Notes: generated by a model not told the origin, from the letters alone. A DNA stretch of 64,000 nucleotides from Pseudomonadota bacterium (GCA_039818265.1 JBCBUG010000012.1:45132-109131); one strand, 5' to 3'. Positions 11,209 through 24,511 are shown, counted from the stretch's first letter. Program-made: numbers and translations.

Positions 11209-11261
11209 TAAGTATCCCGGGGGAGGCGCGCGCAGCGCGGCGGCGGCAGAGCCCCCTCCCT
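11209..11261. repeat. GC-rich REP-like palindromic element, likely a bidirectional terminator
   Basis: Sequence aagtatcccgggggagg...ggcagagccccctccc, in which GGGAGG pairs with CCTCCC. Lies between convergent genes. Shares the core GGCAGAGCCCCC with 24449..24486. Confidence 0.55.
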
Positions 11262-12382
11262 CAACCGGATGCTTCGCCCGACCGTGCAGCCTGCAGCGCG
11301 ATCGGCAATGCCCTGGACAAAGCCGTTAGATCATCTTCGGTACCACAACTGATGCGGATACACCGGTTCTGCGGCGCAACAAATGGCATCCGAACAAAGA
11401 TGCCTTGCGCCACGAGGGACGCCAACACCGCCTTGGCAAACTCGCCATCTTCACCGCAATCAATTGCGACGAAATTTGTGGCCGAAGGCAAGGCGATCAG
11501 CCCATTCTCTCGCGCGATCTCGCCAATGCGTCTGCGCGCGGTTTCAATGCGGTGTTGCACCTTGCCCAGCCAAGCCTGATCCGCCAATGCAGCCAGTGCC
11601 CCCGCTTGTGCTGCGCGGTTCATTCCAAAGTGGTTGCGTATCTTGTTGAAGGCCAGGATCAACTCGGGTGCACCAATCGCATACCCAACCCGTGCACCCG
11701 CCATGCCGTAGGCCTTTGAAAATGTGCGCATCCGGATCACGCGCGGATCATCGGCTCGCACAGGGGCTGCGGTGCCTTCCGGGGCGCATTCCACATAGGC
11801 CTCGTCCAACACCAGCAAACATCCCTCGGGCAGAGCGTCCATCGCGGCAACGATATCTGCGCCACTGTGCCAACTGCCCATCGGGTTGTCAGGATTGGCC
11901 AGATAGACCAGTTTGGCACCAACCTCGGCCGCTTTTGCAAACAGGGCCTGTGGGTCTTCGTGATCCCCGGCATAGGGCACCTTGTGCAAAACCCCGCCAT
12001 AGCCCGCGACGTGGTAGTTAAAGGTCGGGTAGGCTCCATCCGAGGTCACAACCGCATCGCCCGGCTCGACAATCAGGCGCGCCAGGTATCCCAGCAACCC
12101 GTCGATCCCTTCGCCAACAACGATGTTCTCGGGGGCGATCCCATGATGGTCCGCCAGGGCGTTACGCAGATCGTGGTTTGCGGGATCACCATACATCCAA
12201 ATCTCGGCATTCGCCTTACGCATGGCCTCAATCGCTCGGGGTGATGGGCCAAACACGTTCTCATTTGCGCCAAGGCGCGCCGAAAACGGCGCACCGCGCT
12301 GACGTTCCTGCGTTTCAGGGCCAACAAACGGCACGGTTGCGGGCAGGGTTTGGGTAAGCGATGTATAGCGTGGTCCAGTCAT
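11261..12382 (-). CDS. class I/II PLP aminotransferase (histidinol-phosphate aminotransferase-like)
   Basis: GANENVFGPSP and FSKAYGMAGARVGY motifs. The ATG at 12382 gives MTGPRYTS. The longer ORF-track start at 12460 is unlikely. Confidence 0.8.
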   Translation of the reverse strand: MTGPRYTSLTQTLPATVPFVGPETQERQRGAPFSARLGANENVFGPSPRAIEAMRKANAEIWMYGDPANHDLRNALADHHGIAPENIVVGEGIDGLLGYLARLIVEPGDAVVTSDGAYPTFNYHVAGYGGVLHKVPYAGDHEDPQALFAKAAEVGAKLVYLANPDNPMGSWHSGADIVAAMDALPEGCLLVLDEAYVECAPEGTAAPVRADDPRVIRMRTFSKAYGMAGARVGYAIGAPELILAFNKIRNHFGMNRAAQAGALAALADQAWLGKVQHRIETARRRIGEIARENGLIALPSATNFVAIDCGEDGEFAKAVLASLVAQGIFVRMPFVAPQNRCIRISCGTEDDLTALSRALPIALQAARSGEASG

Positions 12383-12499
12383 AGGCGCAGATAAACGTAT
12401 GCGCACAGTTGGGGCAAGCATGTGCATTGCCCTGACGTCGCGGTGGAACTGAACCCCCATTTTGGGTCATCCTGGTCCAAACAGAGTTGGGAGGCCATC

Positions 12500-13282
12500 A
12501 TGGCACGCGTATCCGTCGAATACCGCAATCACATTGCCCATGTCACCCTGACGCGGGGCGACAAGATGAACGCGCTGGACGACGCGATGATCAAGGCCTT
12601 GTTGGGTGCCGGGCAAGAGGTCGCCGCATCCGATGCACGCGCTGTTGTCCTGTCGGGCGAGGGCAAAAGTTTCTGCGCCGGGCTCGACATGGCCAGCTTT
12701 GCAAGCATGGCGCATAAGGATCCGACCGAATGGCTGATGACCCGCAGCCACGAAGACGCCAATGAGATGCAGGAGCTTGCCCTGATCTGGCGCCGCGTTC
12801 CGGTTCCAGTGATCTGCGTCATTCAGGGCGTGGCCTATGGCGGCGGGCTGCAGATCGCATTGGGTGCAGATATCCGCATCGCGCATCCCGAGGCCAAACT
12901 GGCCGTGATGGAAATGAAATGGGGCATCATACCCGACATGGGCGGCATGGTCCTGCTGCCTCGGCTGGTTCGCTCGGATGTGCTGCGGCTGTTGACCTAT
13001 ACCGCCCGCCCCATCGGCGCGCCTCAGGCGGCGGATTGGGGATTGGTGACAAAGCTATCTGACGATCCCCTGACCGAGGCCCTGGCGATTGCCGAAAACA
13101 TCGCTGGTCAAAGCCCCTCTGCAATCCGGGCCGCCAAACGGCTGATCGAGGTGGCCGAAACCCGGGGCCGCCAGGATGTTTTGTTGGCCGAATCCTCAGA
13201 GCAAGTGGACCTGATCGGAAAGCCCGACCAGATGGAAGTTGTCATGGCTCAGATGCAGGGTCGAAAGCCGGAATTCAAATGA
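12500..13282 (+). CDS. enoyl-CoA hydratase/isomerase (crotonase) family protein
   Basis: FCAGLD and GGGLQIALGADIRIA motifs. ATG at 12500 is preceded by GGGAGG. Confidence 0.85.
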   Translation: MARVSVEYRNHIAHVTLTRGDKMNALDDAMIKALLGAGQEVAASDARAVVLSGEGKSFCAGLDMASFASMAHKDPTEWLMTRSHEDANEMQELALIWRRVPVPVICVIQGVAYGGGLQIALGADIRIAHPEAKLAVMEMKWGIIPDMGGMVLLPRLVRSDVLRLLTYTARPIGAPQAADWGLVTKLSDDPLTEALAIAENIAGQSPSAIRAAKRLIEVAETRGRQDVLLAESSEQVDLIGKPDQMEVVMAQMQGRKPEFK

Positions 13283-13615
13283 TCAACGCATAAAGGCGCG
13301 TCGCGCATCGCGGGCCATATGATACCGCATCTCCAGATCGGCGATCCTGGCCATTGCCGCTTTGCGCGCCTCGGGTTCGGACAGGGTTGCGTATTCCTTT
13401 CGCGCCGCATCCAGCTGTTTTTTGACATCGAATTCTTCAGGCAGAACCCCGGCCTGTGCCATGATCCGGTGACCGGCTGCGATCGCAGGATCGCCCTGCG
13501 CCTCGCCCGAACGGTCAGGCAACGGGGCACCTTCGCCATCAAGGCCCTGCAACTGGCCCTCAGCCTGAGCCTTCTTGATCTGACGTTCAACCAGTTTTCC
13601 AAGCGATCCGAACAT
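13283..13615 (-). CDS. DUF1992 (DnaJ-C28-like) domain protein
   Basis: N-terminus LVERQIKKAQAEGQLQGLDGEGAPLP is typical of DUF1992. Confidence 0.65.
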   Translation of the reverse strand: MFGSLGKLVERQIKKAQAEGQLQGLDGEGAPLPDRSGEAQGDPAIAAGHRIMAQAGVLPEEFDVKKQLDAARKEYATLSEPEARKAAMARIADLEMRYHMARDARRAFMR

Positions 13616-13654
13616 GCGTGTATCGTATCAGTATCGAATACTAGACGAAAGGGA

Positions 13655-14818
13655 TCAGCGTATTTTGTTGGTCACAAGATAGGCGATACCACCTGCCAGC
13701 AACCCCCAGACCGCTGCGCCCAGACCAAAGACACTGACGCCCGAGGCCGTAATAGCCAGAGTCAGAATGGCCGCCTCGCGCTCGGCTGACACATCCAGTG
13801 ATGCGTGCAAGGCATTTGCCATCACCCCGATCAGCGCTACACCTGCCAACGTGCCCATCAACAGCGGGTCGGCATTCGATGCGAAGCTGGTGATTGCGAC
13901 GGCAAAGATACCGAACAGGCAGTAGAACACGCCCCCCATGATCGCGGACCAATAGCGCAGGGCAGGATCGGGGTGACTGTCTTCGTTCGAACACATCGCG
14001 GCGGTGATTGCGGCCAGGCAGGTTGCCGGTGCGCCAAAGGGAGCAGAGAGCAGACTTGCGCCCCCAACGGCTGAGAACAACCGACCTGCGTCTGGCTTAT
14101 AACCAAAGCTGCGGATCACGGCGACACCGGGAATGTTCTGCGTTGCCATTGTTACGATAAAAAGTGGCACACCGATCCCTATTGCGGACGCGACTGAAAA
14201 CGTAGGCGTGGTCCATACCGGGGCGGCTACCAGTTGATCGGGCAGCAACTGGGCCCCCCCGGCATTCAACGTCACCACAATGGCCGCCGCGATCACAGCG
14301 GCGGGGACGGCGAATAGTCGATTGAATCGACCTGCGATGAACCAGGTCAGGATTACCGGCAAGGCCTGCCAAGGTATTTCTACCGCTGCTTTGAAAGGCA
14401 CCAGACAAAGTGGCAAAAGCACGCCAGCCAGCATCGCCTGTGCCAGCGTAGTCGGGATCGCCGCTGCCAAACGCCCCAGCGGTTTCCAGAGCCCGGCCAG
14501 AACCGTCAGAACCCCGGCGCATAAGAACGCTCCGATAGCGCCCGAATAGCCCTCCACCGGCGTGGCCGAAACAGCCAGCAGCGCAGCCCCCGGGGTGGAC
14601 CACGCGACGCTAATTGGCAGCTTGTAGACTGTGCTGAGAATGATGGCGGCCAACCCCATTGCGATGGCCGCGCTCATCAGGCCGGATGCGGCCTGAGCGG
14701 GTGAGGCACCCATGGCTGCCAAGCCCTGCAAGACAATCGGGAATGAGCTAAAGAACCCAACGATAGCGACCACCAACCCGGTTGAAACGGTTTGCATCGG
14801 GGGAAAGCGCTGTGTCAT
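13655..14818 (-). CDS. benE: benzoate/H+ symporter BenE family transporter
   Basis: Polytopic membrane protein of about 387 aa with BenE-like sequence. ATG at 14818 has a GAGGA RBS. The ORF-track start at 14845 lacks one. Confidence 0.7.
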   Translation of the reverse strand: MTQRFPPMQTVSTGLVVAIVGFFSSFPIVLQGLAAMGASPAQAASGLMSAAIAMGLAAIILSTVYKLPISVAWSTPGAALLAVSATPVEGYSGAIGAFLCAGVLTVLAGLWKPLGRLAAAIPTTLAQAMLAGVLLPLCLVPFKAAVEIPWQALPVILTWFIAGRFNRLFAVPAAVIAAAIVVTLNAGGAQLLPDQLVAAPVWTTPTFSVASAIGIGVPLFIVTMATQNIPGVAVIRSFGYKPDAGRLFSAVGGASLLSAPFGAPATCLAAITAAMCSNEDSHPDPALRYWSAIMGGVFYCLFGIFAVAITSFASNADPLLMGTLAGVALIGVMANALHASLDVSAEREAAILTLAITASGVSVFGLGAAVWGLLAGGIAYLVTNKIR

Positions 14819-14892
14819 TGCGTCCTCAGGGGTTGCCACTTGCATTTGCTAACAACCGCAGCCTGCAGGGAACAAGGTCAAAAGCGTCAGAG

Positions 14893-14930
14893 AAAAGGAA
14901 AACCCCGCCATAACGTGTGACGGGGTTTTC
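14893..14930 (-). terminator. rho-independent terminator downstream of valS
   Basis: Stem AAAACCCCG / CGGGGTTTT, followed on the minus strand by TTTTCCTTTTCTC. Confidence 0.7.
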
Positions 14931-14958
14931 GAGTTGTGCGATTGTGGAAAGATGAAGA

Positions 14959-18009
<3,051 letters not shown>

Positions 18010-18602
18010 GGGGTGCGTCCTGCGTCATCAATCCTTGGTCAGCGCCTGCAATAGCGAAAGGTTTGCGAAAGTGGAAGGCTTTGCCGCCAATTCTCGAAGC
18101 GGCGACGTTCATCGCGACCGTGAACCACGCCACAGACAACGGATGGTCGGGTCGATCACACTCTTACGGTGTGGTCACAGGCCGCGCGGCGGGACAAGAT
18201 GTAGCTTTGCTGTCAGTTTCGTGACCATGCGACGGACGGTTTCTGGAGATTCGCACCGGTTTTGAACTTTCGTAATATATTCAGACATATGGTGGTTATA
18301 TTGAAGGCGCTGAAGCAGGTGACGGACTTGGCCATGATGCTGCCCAAATGGCTGACTAGGATCGAGATGGCGGCGCAGAGGCTCACGGTTTCGTTGGGTG
18401 CCTTGCCCGGAAGGGGCAGAATGCCCATCCTTAAGTTTATCTCCATGCCGCGTTTATCAGCGCGCCTTAAGTTGGACGCTCGTTGGTGTTGCGGGGGTGA
18501 GATGCGGATGCAGAGGCTATTGGTGCATTTGCGGCCGGGATCAGAGGAGGTGCGATGCCGAGGCACGCGCGCAACCTTACAGAGTACAGGAGTGGCTGAG
18601 AT

Positions 18603-19679
18603 ATGGTTTTGTCGCGGCTAAGCAGAAAGGTACTGGGATGGCTTGGGCGGCCATTGCGGTCCGAGCATTCTGCCGAAGTGCGGCATCGCGAGCCGATCAG
18701 CCATGTCATCATTCTGGACGGGACCATGTCGACGCTCGAACCGGGATTCGAAACCCACGCGGGTCAGACTTACCGACTGTGCAAGGAGATGGGCAGCCAA
18801 GTATCCGTTTTCTATGAAGCTGGCGTACAGTGGGACAGCTGGAAATCCTCGCTGGATGTGATGATGGGGCGTGGGATCAACCGGCAAATCAGGCGCGCTT
18901 ATGGATATCTGGCATCACGGTACAAACCGGGGGATCGTATTTATTTCATGGGTTACTCACGCGGTGCCTATGGCGTGCGCAGCCTGGCCGGGGTGATCGA
19001 TATGATCGGCCTGCTTAAGGCCGAGCACGCAACCGAGCGCAATATCAAACAGGCCTACCGCCACTATGAGTGCAACCCTTCGGGCGCGGCGGCGCGGGAT
19101 TTCCGGGGCAAGTTCTGCCATGACGACCTTGCCATCGAGATGATTGGCGTCTGGGATACCGTAAAGGCGCTTGGGCTGCGTCTGCCATTGTTGTGGCGCT
19201 GGGCAGAAGACAGGCACGCTTTTCACAACCATCATCTGGGGCAAGCAACGCGCCATGGCTATCACGCCATGGCCCTGGATGAGACGCGTGAAGTCTATGA
19301 GCCCGTTCTCTGGCAGTGCAAACCCGACTTTAAAGGCCATGTTGAACAGGTCTGGTTCCGCGGCAGCCATGGAGATGTAGGTGGTCAGTTGAACGGGTTC
19401 GAACAGGCCCGACCGCTTAGCAATATCTCGATGATCTGGATGCTGGATAAGGCCGAGCGACATGGGCTGCCTTTGCCAGACGGGTGGAGGGACCGGTTCC
19501 CGACAGATGCCGGCGCGCCTTCGGTGGGCACGTGGCGGGGGTGGGGCAAGATTTTCTTGCTACGCAAGCATCGCAGGGTCGGACAGGATCGGTCCGAGCA
19601 ACTGCACGTCTCGGTTTCGCCTCAGGATCTGCCGGGTTGGGTGCCGATGTCAGACGAAGCGTCCTATCCGGCGCGATGA
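18603..19679 (+). CDS. DUF2235 alpha/beta hydrolase (Tle1-like lipase/phospholipase family)
   Basis: GxSxG nucleophile elbow FMGYSRGAY and the DUF2235 signature WFRGSHGDVGG. Confidence 0.75.
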   Translation: MVLSRLSRKVLGWLGRPLRSEHSAEVRHREPISHVIILDGTMSTLEPGFETHAGQTYRLCKEMGSQVSVFYEAGVQWDSWKSSLDVMMGRGINRQIRRAYGYLASRYKPGDRIYFMGYSRGAYGVRSLAGVIDMIGLLKAEHATERNIKQAYRHYECNPSGAAARDFRGKFCHDDLAIEMIGVWDTVKALGLRLPLLWRWAEDRHAFHNHHLGQATRHGYHAMALDETREVYEPVLWQCKPDFKGHVEQVWFRGSHGDVGGQLNGFEQARPLSNISMIWMLDKAERHGLPLPDGWRDRFPTDAGAPSVGTWRGWGKIFLLRKHRRVGQDRSEQLHVSVSPQDLPGWVPMSDEASYPAR

Positions 19680-19683
19680 GGGT

Positions 19684-20481
19684 TCAGGTTGGAATGCAAA
19701 CATTCCTTACAGTCGCGACAAATGCGTCTGGGCGCTCAACCAGATCGAACCGCCATCGCCGTGGGGACCAGTTGTAAATGCGTTGTGCGTCTGGATGATC
19801 CACGATCATCAGGCCGTGAAAGAACCAATCGGAAGTGGATTTGTAGCCCGTCGCTTCGGTGTAAAAAGAAAACCCGCGTAGTTCATAAAGTTTGTCGACT
19901 TTGGATCGCGGTGAGTGATGCGCAATGCAGAAAGGTGACCCTTTAGCGATGATGTGAGCTTGAACTTGGATCATAGGAACTGTCACAAGAGACCAAAGCG
20001 CTGCCACTGTTCCAATCGAAACCCCGATTTTGGCTAACCATGAGGGTTTTGGATTTCCGTCACTCCCCGACCAAACAAGAAAGCTGGATGAGACGGCAAT
20101 CGTCAGACTGATTCCATGAACTACTTGGGTTTCTGAAAACAGAGAAAAAACTCCTGATGCCAGCGTCAGAAAGATACCTGCAACAGCCGATATTGCAGCA
20201 CAAAGCTTGGCAAGAGTGGCTGGTATGTAGTGCACCCCCATTGATACAAATCCTGCGATTGCCAGAGGTAGGATTGGGGCTATCCAAGTTGAAAGGTATA
20301 AAGTTTGCACCCAAAAGGGTTGGCCTTTGCCAGACGCGGAAGGGGTGAACACCGTGTCGTTGAATGGTTGTAGGTAAGCCAGAAAAATTATTGTGGCATA
20401 GGCAAAGAATAAAACTTTGTGTTTCAAACTGGCCTCAAAGCGAAATACCCGGCGAAGACTGGAATACTTAGGACAAGCCAA
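19684..20481 (-). CDS. orphan multi-pass membrane protein with a ~95-aa soluble C-terminal domain
   Basis: At least 5 hydrophobic helices. AT-richer: 81/180 G+C in three hand-counted lines. The ORF-track start is TTG. An alternative TTG at 20427, preceded by GAGG, gives MKHKVLFF. Confidence 0.5.
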   Translation of the reverse strand: MACPKYSSLRRVFRFEASLKHKVLFFAYATIIFLAYLQPFNDTVFTPSASGKGQPFWVQTLYLSTWIAPILPLAIAGFVSMGVHYIPATLAKLCAAISAVAGIFLTLASGVFSLFSETQVVHGISLTIAVSSSFLVWSGSDGNPKPSWLAKIGVSIGTVAALWSLVTVPMIQVQAHIIAKGSPFCIAHHSPRSKVDKLYELRGFSFYTEATGYKSTSDWFFHGLMIVDHPDAQRIYNWSPRRWRFDLVERPDAFVATVRNVCIPT

Positions 20482-20566
20482 CCTCTTTCAAGGTAACGGC
20501 TTGCCAAAGACAGTGTTTGTTCGACAGGTGCAAAACCAAAACAATTGAATTGCACCCGATGTGCCG

Positions 20567-21142
20567 TTACCGCCGCCGGTCGCGGCGTGAGCTCATGGGC
20601 TGGAACGCCACACCTACATGGGCCTCGCAATAGGGTTTTCCGGGCTCAACCGGCAGACCGCAGAACCAGAAATCATCGGTGGCCGGGTCGCCCACGGGCC
20701 ATTTGCAGGTCTTTTCGGTCAGCTCCATCAGCGTCAGTTTCTTAGCCTTCTTCTCAACCTCGTTGACCTTGGCCAATGCCTCGGGGCTGATTTCATTGGC
20801 CGAAGGCTGCGGCGGCAACGGCTGACCGGCCGGGATGATCTGCCGGCGAGCAGGAACTGCTGTTTTTGCCTCGGCCGCAGGCGCTGGCGCGGGGCGAGCG
20901 GGTTCAGTCTTGGGTGCAGCTTTGGGCTTCGCCTCGACCTTGGGTGAGGGGGCAGGCTTTTCCTTAGGCTCGGATTTCGCCGGGGTCGCGCCGGTTGCGC
21001 GGTTTGACAGGCCCAAACGGTGTACCTTGCCGATCACGGCGTTGCGGGTCACGCCGCCCAGTTCTTTTGCGATCTGGCTGGCCGACTGGCCCTCGCCCCA
21101 CATCTTCTTCAGCAGCTCTACACGCTCGTCAGTCCAGGACAT
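20567..21142 (-). CDS. gcrA: cell-cycle transcriptional regulator GcrA
   Basis: N-terminus MSWTDERVELLKKMWGEGQSASQIAKELGGVTRNAVIGKVHRLGL and C-terminus CKWPVGDP...FCG are diagnostic of GcrA. Confidence 0.92.
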   Translation of the reverse strand: MSWTDERVELLKKMWGEGQSASQIAKELGGVTRNAVIGKVHRLGLSNRATGATPAKSEPKEKPAPSPKVEAKPKAAPKTEPARPAPAPAAEAKTAVPARRQIIPAGQPLPPQPSANEISPEALAKVNEVEKKAKKLTLMELTEKTCKWPVGDPATDDFWFCGLPVEPGKPYCEAHVGVAFQPMSSRRDRRR

Positions 21143-21267
21143 CATTTGCCTTTCAAAAGCGGAAAGCGGCCCCGGATTCGGGCCGCCTTGGGAATTCGTT
21201 TCAGCGCCCTATTCTAATCACTGCGGGCCGAGTTACAAGCGGTCTTCGAATCAGTTATGGGGCAGAC

Positions 21268-22071
21268 ATGCAGAATCTTGTGGATCAGGGCACGCGCCGG
21301 TTCGGCGCGGTGAATTGGATGGGGCTTTATACGCTGGCGCAACGCGAAACTCTGCGCTTTCTGGCGGTCTGGACACAAACTCTGCTGGCCCCTTTGGTGA
21401 CGGCTGGTTTGTTTCTGCTAATTTTTACAATCGCTATCGGCCCCAGTAGGCCGGATGTGATGGGTGTGCCATTCCTGACCTTCCTTGCGCCGGGCATCAT
21501 GATGATGACGGTGATTCAAAACGCCTTTGCCAATACCTCGTCCTCGATGGTGATCGCCAAAGTGCAAGGCAATATCGTTGATACGTTGATGCCGCCCCTG
21601 TCACCGCTTGAGATTTTGCTGGGTTATCTGGCAGGTGGGATCGCGCGGGGCGCGTTGATCGCCTGCGTTGTGGCCCTGGCCTTTTGGGTATTCCTGTCGA
21701 TCGCTCCGCAGAATCCCTTGGTCACACTGGTCTTTGTGCTTCTCGGAGGCGCTTTCATGGGCGCGTTGGGCCTGTTCGCCGGTATCTTTGCCAACAAGTT
21801 TGATCAGATGGCTGCGATCACCAATTTCATCGTTACACCTTTGGCGTTTTTGTCGGGCACATTCTATTCCGTCGACGCTCTGCCTCCGGTTCTGAAGGCG
21901 ATCAGCCATGTAAACCCGGTTTTCTATCTGATCGACGGGTTGCGATATGGCATGATCGGTGTGTCGGACAGCTCTCCCGTTTTGGGAGCCATTGTGTGCA
22001 GCCTGGCCATTCTGCTGGTCTGTACGATGACATGGTGGATGTTGCGCAGGGGTTACCGGCTCAAGGCCTGA
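21268..22071 (+). CDS. ABC-2 type transporter permease
   Basis: Six-helix ABC-2 permease pattern. ATG at 21268 gives MQNLVDQGTRRF. The ORF-track start at 20995 would overlap gcrA. Confidence 0.75.
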   Translation: MQNLVDQGTRRFGAVNWMGLYTLAQRETLRFLAVWTQTLLAPLVTAGLFLLIFTIAIGPSRPDVMGVPFLTFLAPGIMMMTVIQNAFANTSSSMVIAKVQGNIVDTLMPPLSPLEILLGYLAGGIARGALIACVVALAFWVFLSIAPQNPLVTLVFVLLGGAFMGALGLFAGIFANKFDQMAAITNFIVTPLAFLSGTFYSVDALPPVLKAISHVNPVFYLIDGLRYGMIGVSDSSPVLGAIVCSLAILLVCTMTWWMLRRGYRLKA

Positions 22072-22946
22072 CGCTGCCGCGCTTCACGCCAGACCAGGAT
22101 CAACGCTCCGGTGACAATAATCGACGAGCCGATGATGCTGACCGGATCCGGCACGACTCGAAACACGGCAAAATCATAGATCGCTGCAAAGATCAGTGTT
22201 GCATAGCTGATCGGTGCCACGAATGAGGCATCCGCACGGGCCATACCATTCACGAAACAGGCTTGTGCACAGGCCATCAAGACACCGATACCAATTAGCG
22301 CAGCCCATTGTGCTGGGTTGGGCATTTGCCAGACGAAGACGACGGCAACGGATGCAATGGCCAATCCCATCGAGTTGTTCACCAGTAGGATTTGGATAGG
22401 AATTTCCCTGCCTGAGAGCTTTTTGATGAAAATCAGCTCCATCCCGATTACGGCGGCAGCCGCCAAGGCCAACATTGCTGCGGGCTGAAAGCTCTCAGGG
22501 GTTGGACGTAGCAGGATCAACGCGCCTGTAAGCGATACTGCTGCAGCCAGCCAGCGCCATGGTCCAACACCTTCTTTCAGTAAAGGAATTGCAAGCACCA
22601 TCGCAAAGACGGGGTTCAAGAAGGAAATTGCCGTTGCATCTGCGATTGGAATGAAGGCGACCGAGGCAAACATCAGCGTGATGCCAAGCCAGCCAAAGCT
22701 TGTTCGGCCAACATGAAGCCCCCAATGGGGGCGCCGCAACTGCGGCCGCAGAATCCCTACTGCACCGACAATCACCACAAACGCAAACAAAAACCGCCCA
22801 TGGCTGATTTGCATTGGGTGAAGCGGCGGGCCGAGCGTTTCTGTTCCCAACGCCTTTGCCAACAAGGTCGTTGCAGCGATAAAGGCACTGGCGAAGAAAA
22901 TCAGCAGGGCGGCCAGCGGCGGATTCTGATCCTTGGGTTCGAACAT
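22053..22946 (-). CDS. DMT (EamA) family transporter
   Basis: 10-TM EamA-like duplication, 297 aa. Confidence 0.75.
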   Translation of the reverse strand: MFEPKDQNPPLAALLIFFASAFIAATTLLAKALGTETLGPPLHPMQISHGRFLFAFVVIVGAVGILRPQLRRPHWGLHVGRTSFGWLGITLMFASVAFIPIADATAISFLNPVFAMVLAIPLLKEGVGPWRWLAAAVSLTGALILLRPTPESFQPAAMLALAAAAVIGMELIFIKKLSGREIPIQILLVNNSMGLAIASVAVVFVWQMPNPAQWAALIGIGVLMACAQACFVNGMARADASFVAPISYATLIFAAIYDFAVFRVVPDPVSIIGSSIIVTGALILVWREARQRQALSR

Positions 22947-23247
22947 GGTCTACCGGTGGGGCAGCGCGTCCAGAATGGCAAGACGTAACTGCAAGCGCAG
23001 CGATGCTGAGCAATATTTTTCGCGCGACGCAAAATATGGGTTTCCAGAACCGCTACGGGTCGCTATACGGCCCGCATGATCAAAACCGTACATATCCTGC
23101 GCCTCCGACGCCGACGCTTTTCTGCGTAACCGCTTCGTTTGATCTGTTTGCGCCGTATAAAGCGCCGCAAATCTCACCAAATCAGTTGACGACCATGGTC
23201 CCGGTGTATCACTCACAGGGCTTAAGCTATCTTAAAAGGATGATCCG

Positions 23248-24435
23248 ATGATCCCGTCCGTTCTGCCGACCTATAACCGTGCGCCCCTGACTTTCGTGAA
23301 GGGCGAAGGCGCCTGGCTGACTGAGGCGGATGGCCGACGTTTTCTGGACCTCGGCGCCGGTATCGCGGTGAACGCGCTGGGCCATGCGCATCCGGCGTTA
23401 GTCAATGCGCTGACGGAACAGGCGCATGCGCTGTGGCATGTCTCGAACCTCTACCACATTCCGCAGCAGCAGGCGCTGGCCGATAAGCTGGTCGAGCATA
23501 CCTTCGCCGACACGGTGTTCTTCACCAACTCGGGCACCGAGTCCTGTGAACTGGCCGTAAAAATGGCCCGCAAATATTTCTATGACAAAGGCCAGCCCGA
23601 GAAGGTCGAGATCATCACCTTTGATGGCTCGTTCCACGGCCGGTCGTCGGCTGGTATCGCCGCCGCCGGGTCCGAGAAGATGACCAAGGGCTTCGGCCCC
23701 CTTCTGCCAGGCTTTGTGCATCTCACGTTCGGAGACCTCGACGGCGTCACCAACGCCATCACCGAAAAAACAGCGGCGATCATGATTGAGCCAGTGCAGG
23801 GTGAAGGCGGCATCCGTCCCGTTCCCGATGCTGAACTCAAAGCTTTGCGTCAAATATGCAACGAACACGGCCTGTTGCTGATCCTGGACGAGGTGCAATG
23901 CGGCGTGGGCCGCACTGGCAAACTCTTCGCGCATGAATGGGCGGGCATTACCCCGGATATCATGATGGTCGCCAAAGGCATTGGCGGAGGCTTCCCTTTG
24001 GGCGCAGTGCTAGCCACAGAAGAGGCTGCCAGCGGCATGACCGCAGGCACTCATGGCTCCACCTATGGGGGGAACCCGCTGAGTTGCGCTGTGGGCTGCG
24101 CCGTGATTGACCAGGTTGCCACACCCGCATTCCTTGAGGGCGTCAACCGAAAAGCGGGCTTGATGCGTCAGAAGCTCGAAGGTCTGGTTGCCGCACATCC
24201 GGATGTCTTCGAAGAGGTGCGCGGATCCGGCCTGATGCTCGGCCTGAAATGCAAGGCGGCCAATATCGACGTCGTAAACGCAGGTTATGACAACCAGGTC
24301 ATTACTGTGCCCGCCGCCGATAACGTGATCCGCTTGCTACCGGCCCTGACCCTCAGCGAGGATGACATCGCCGAAGCTCTGATCCGCCTCGACAAGGCTG
24401 CCGCACAGGTTGAAGGCCAACTTGCCACCGCATGA
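23248..24435 (+). CDS. argD: acetylornithine aminotransferase
   Basis: Class III aminotransferase ([12 protein letters not shown]). Lies directly upstream of argF. Confidence 0.88.
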   Translation: MIPSVLPTYNRAPLTFVKGEGAWLTEADGRRFLDLGAGIAVNALGHAHPALVNALTEQAHALWHVSNLYHIPQQQALADKLVEHTFADTVFFTNSGTESCELAVKMARKYFYDKGQPEKVEIITFDGSFHGRSSAGIAAAGSEKMTKGFGPLLPGFVHLTFGDLDGVTNAITEKTAAIMIEPVQGEGGIRPVPDAELKALRQICNEHGLLLILDEVQCGVGRTGKLFAHEWAGITPDIMMVAKGIGGGFPLGAVLATEEAASGMTAGTHGSTYGGNPLSCAVGCAVIDQVATPAFLEGVNRKAGLMRQKLEGLVAAHPDVFEEVRGSGLMLGLKCKAANIDVVNAGYDNQVITVPAADNVIRLLPALTLSEDDIAEALIRLDKAAAQVEGQLATA

Positions 24436-24448
24436 CCCTTCCTCTGTT

Positions 24449-24486
24449 CAAAAATACCTCGGGGGTTCGGGGGCAGAGCCCCCGTC
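24449..24486. repeat. GC-rich REP-like hairpin element
   Basis: Sequence caaaaatacctcgggggttCGGGGGCagaGCCCCCG, a 7-bp stem. Same family as 11209..11261. Confidence 0.55.
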
Positions 24487-24511
24487 CGTCGACAACCAAG
24501 AGCGATACGCC

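Noticed and set aside
20995-21267. N-terminal extension of the ABC-2 permease ORF (ORF-track start 20995)
   Set aside because: The extension would overlap gcrA by 150 nt and is Arg/Ser/Pro-rich. The internal ATG at 21268 gives a normal permease N-terminus.
21146-21267. Two GANTC (CcrM) sites, at 21175 and 21248, in the gcrA upstream spacer
   Set aside because: GANTC is expected about once per 256 bp by chance, so two sites in 122 bp is not significant on its own.
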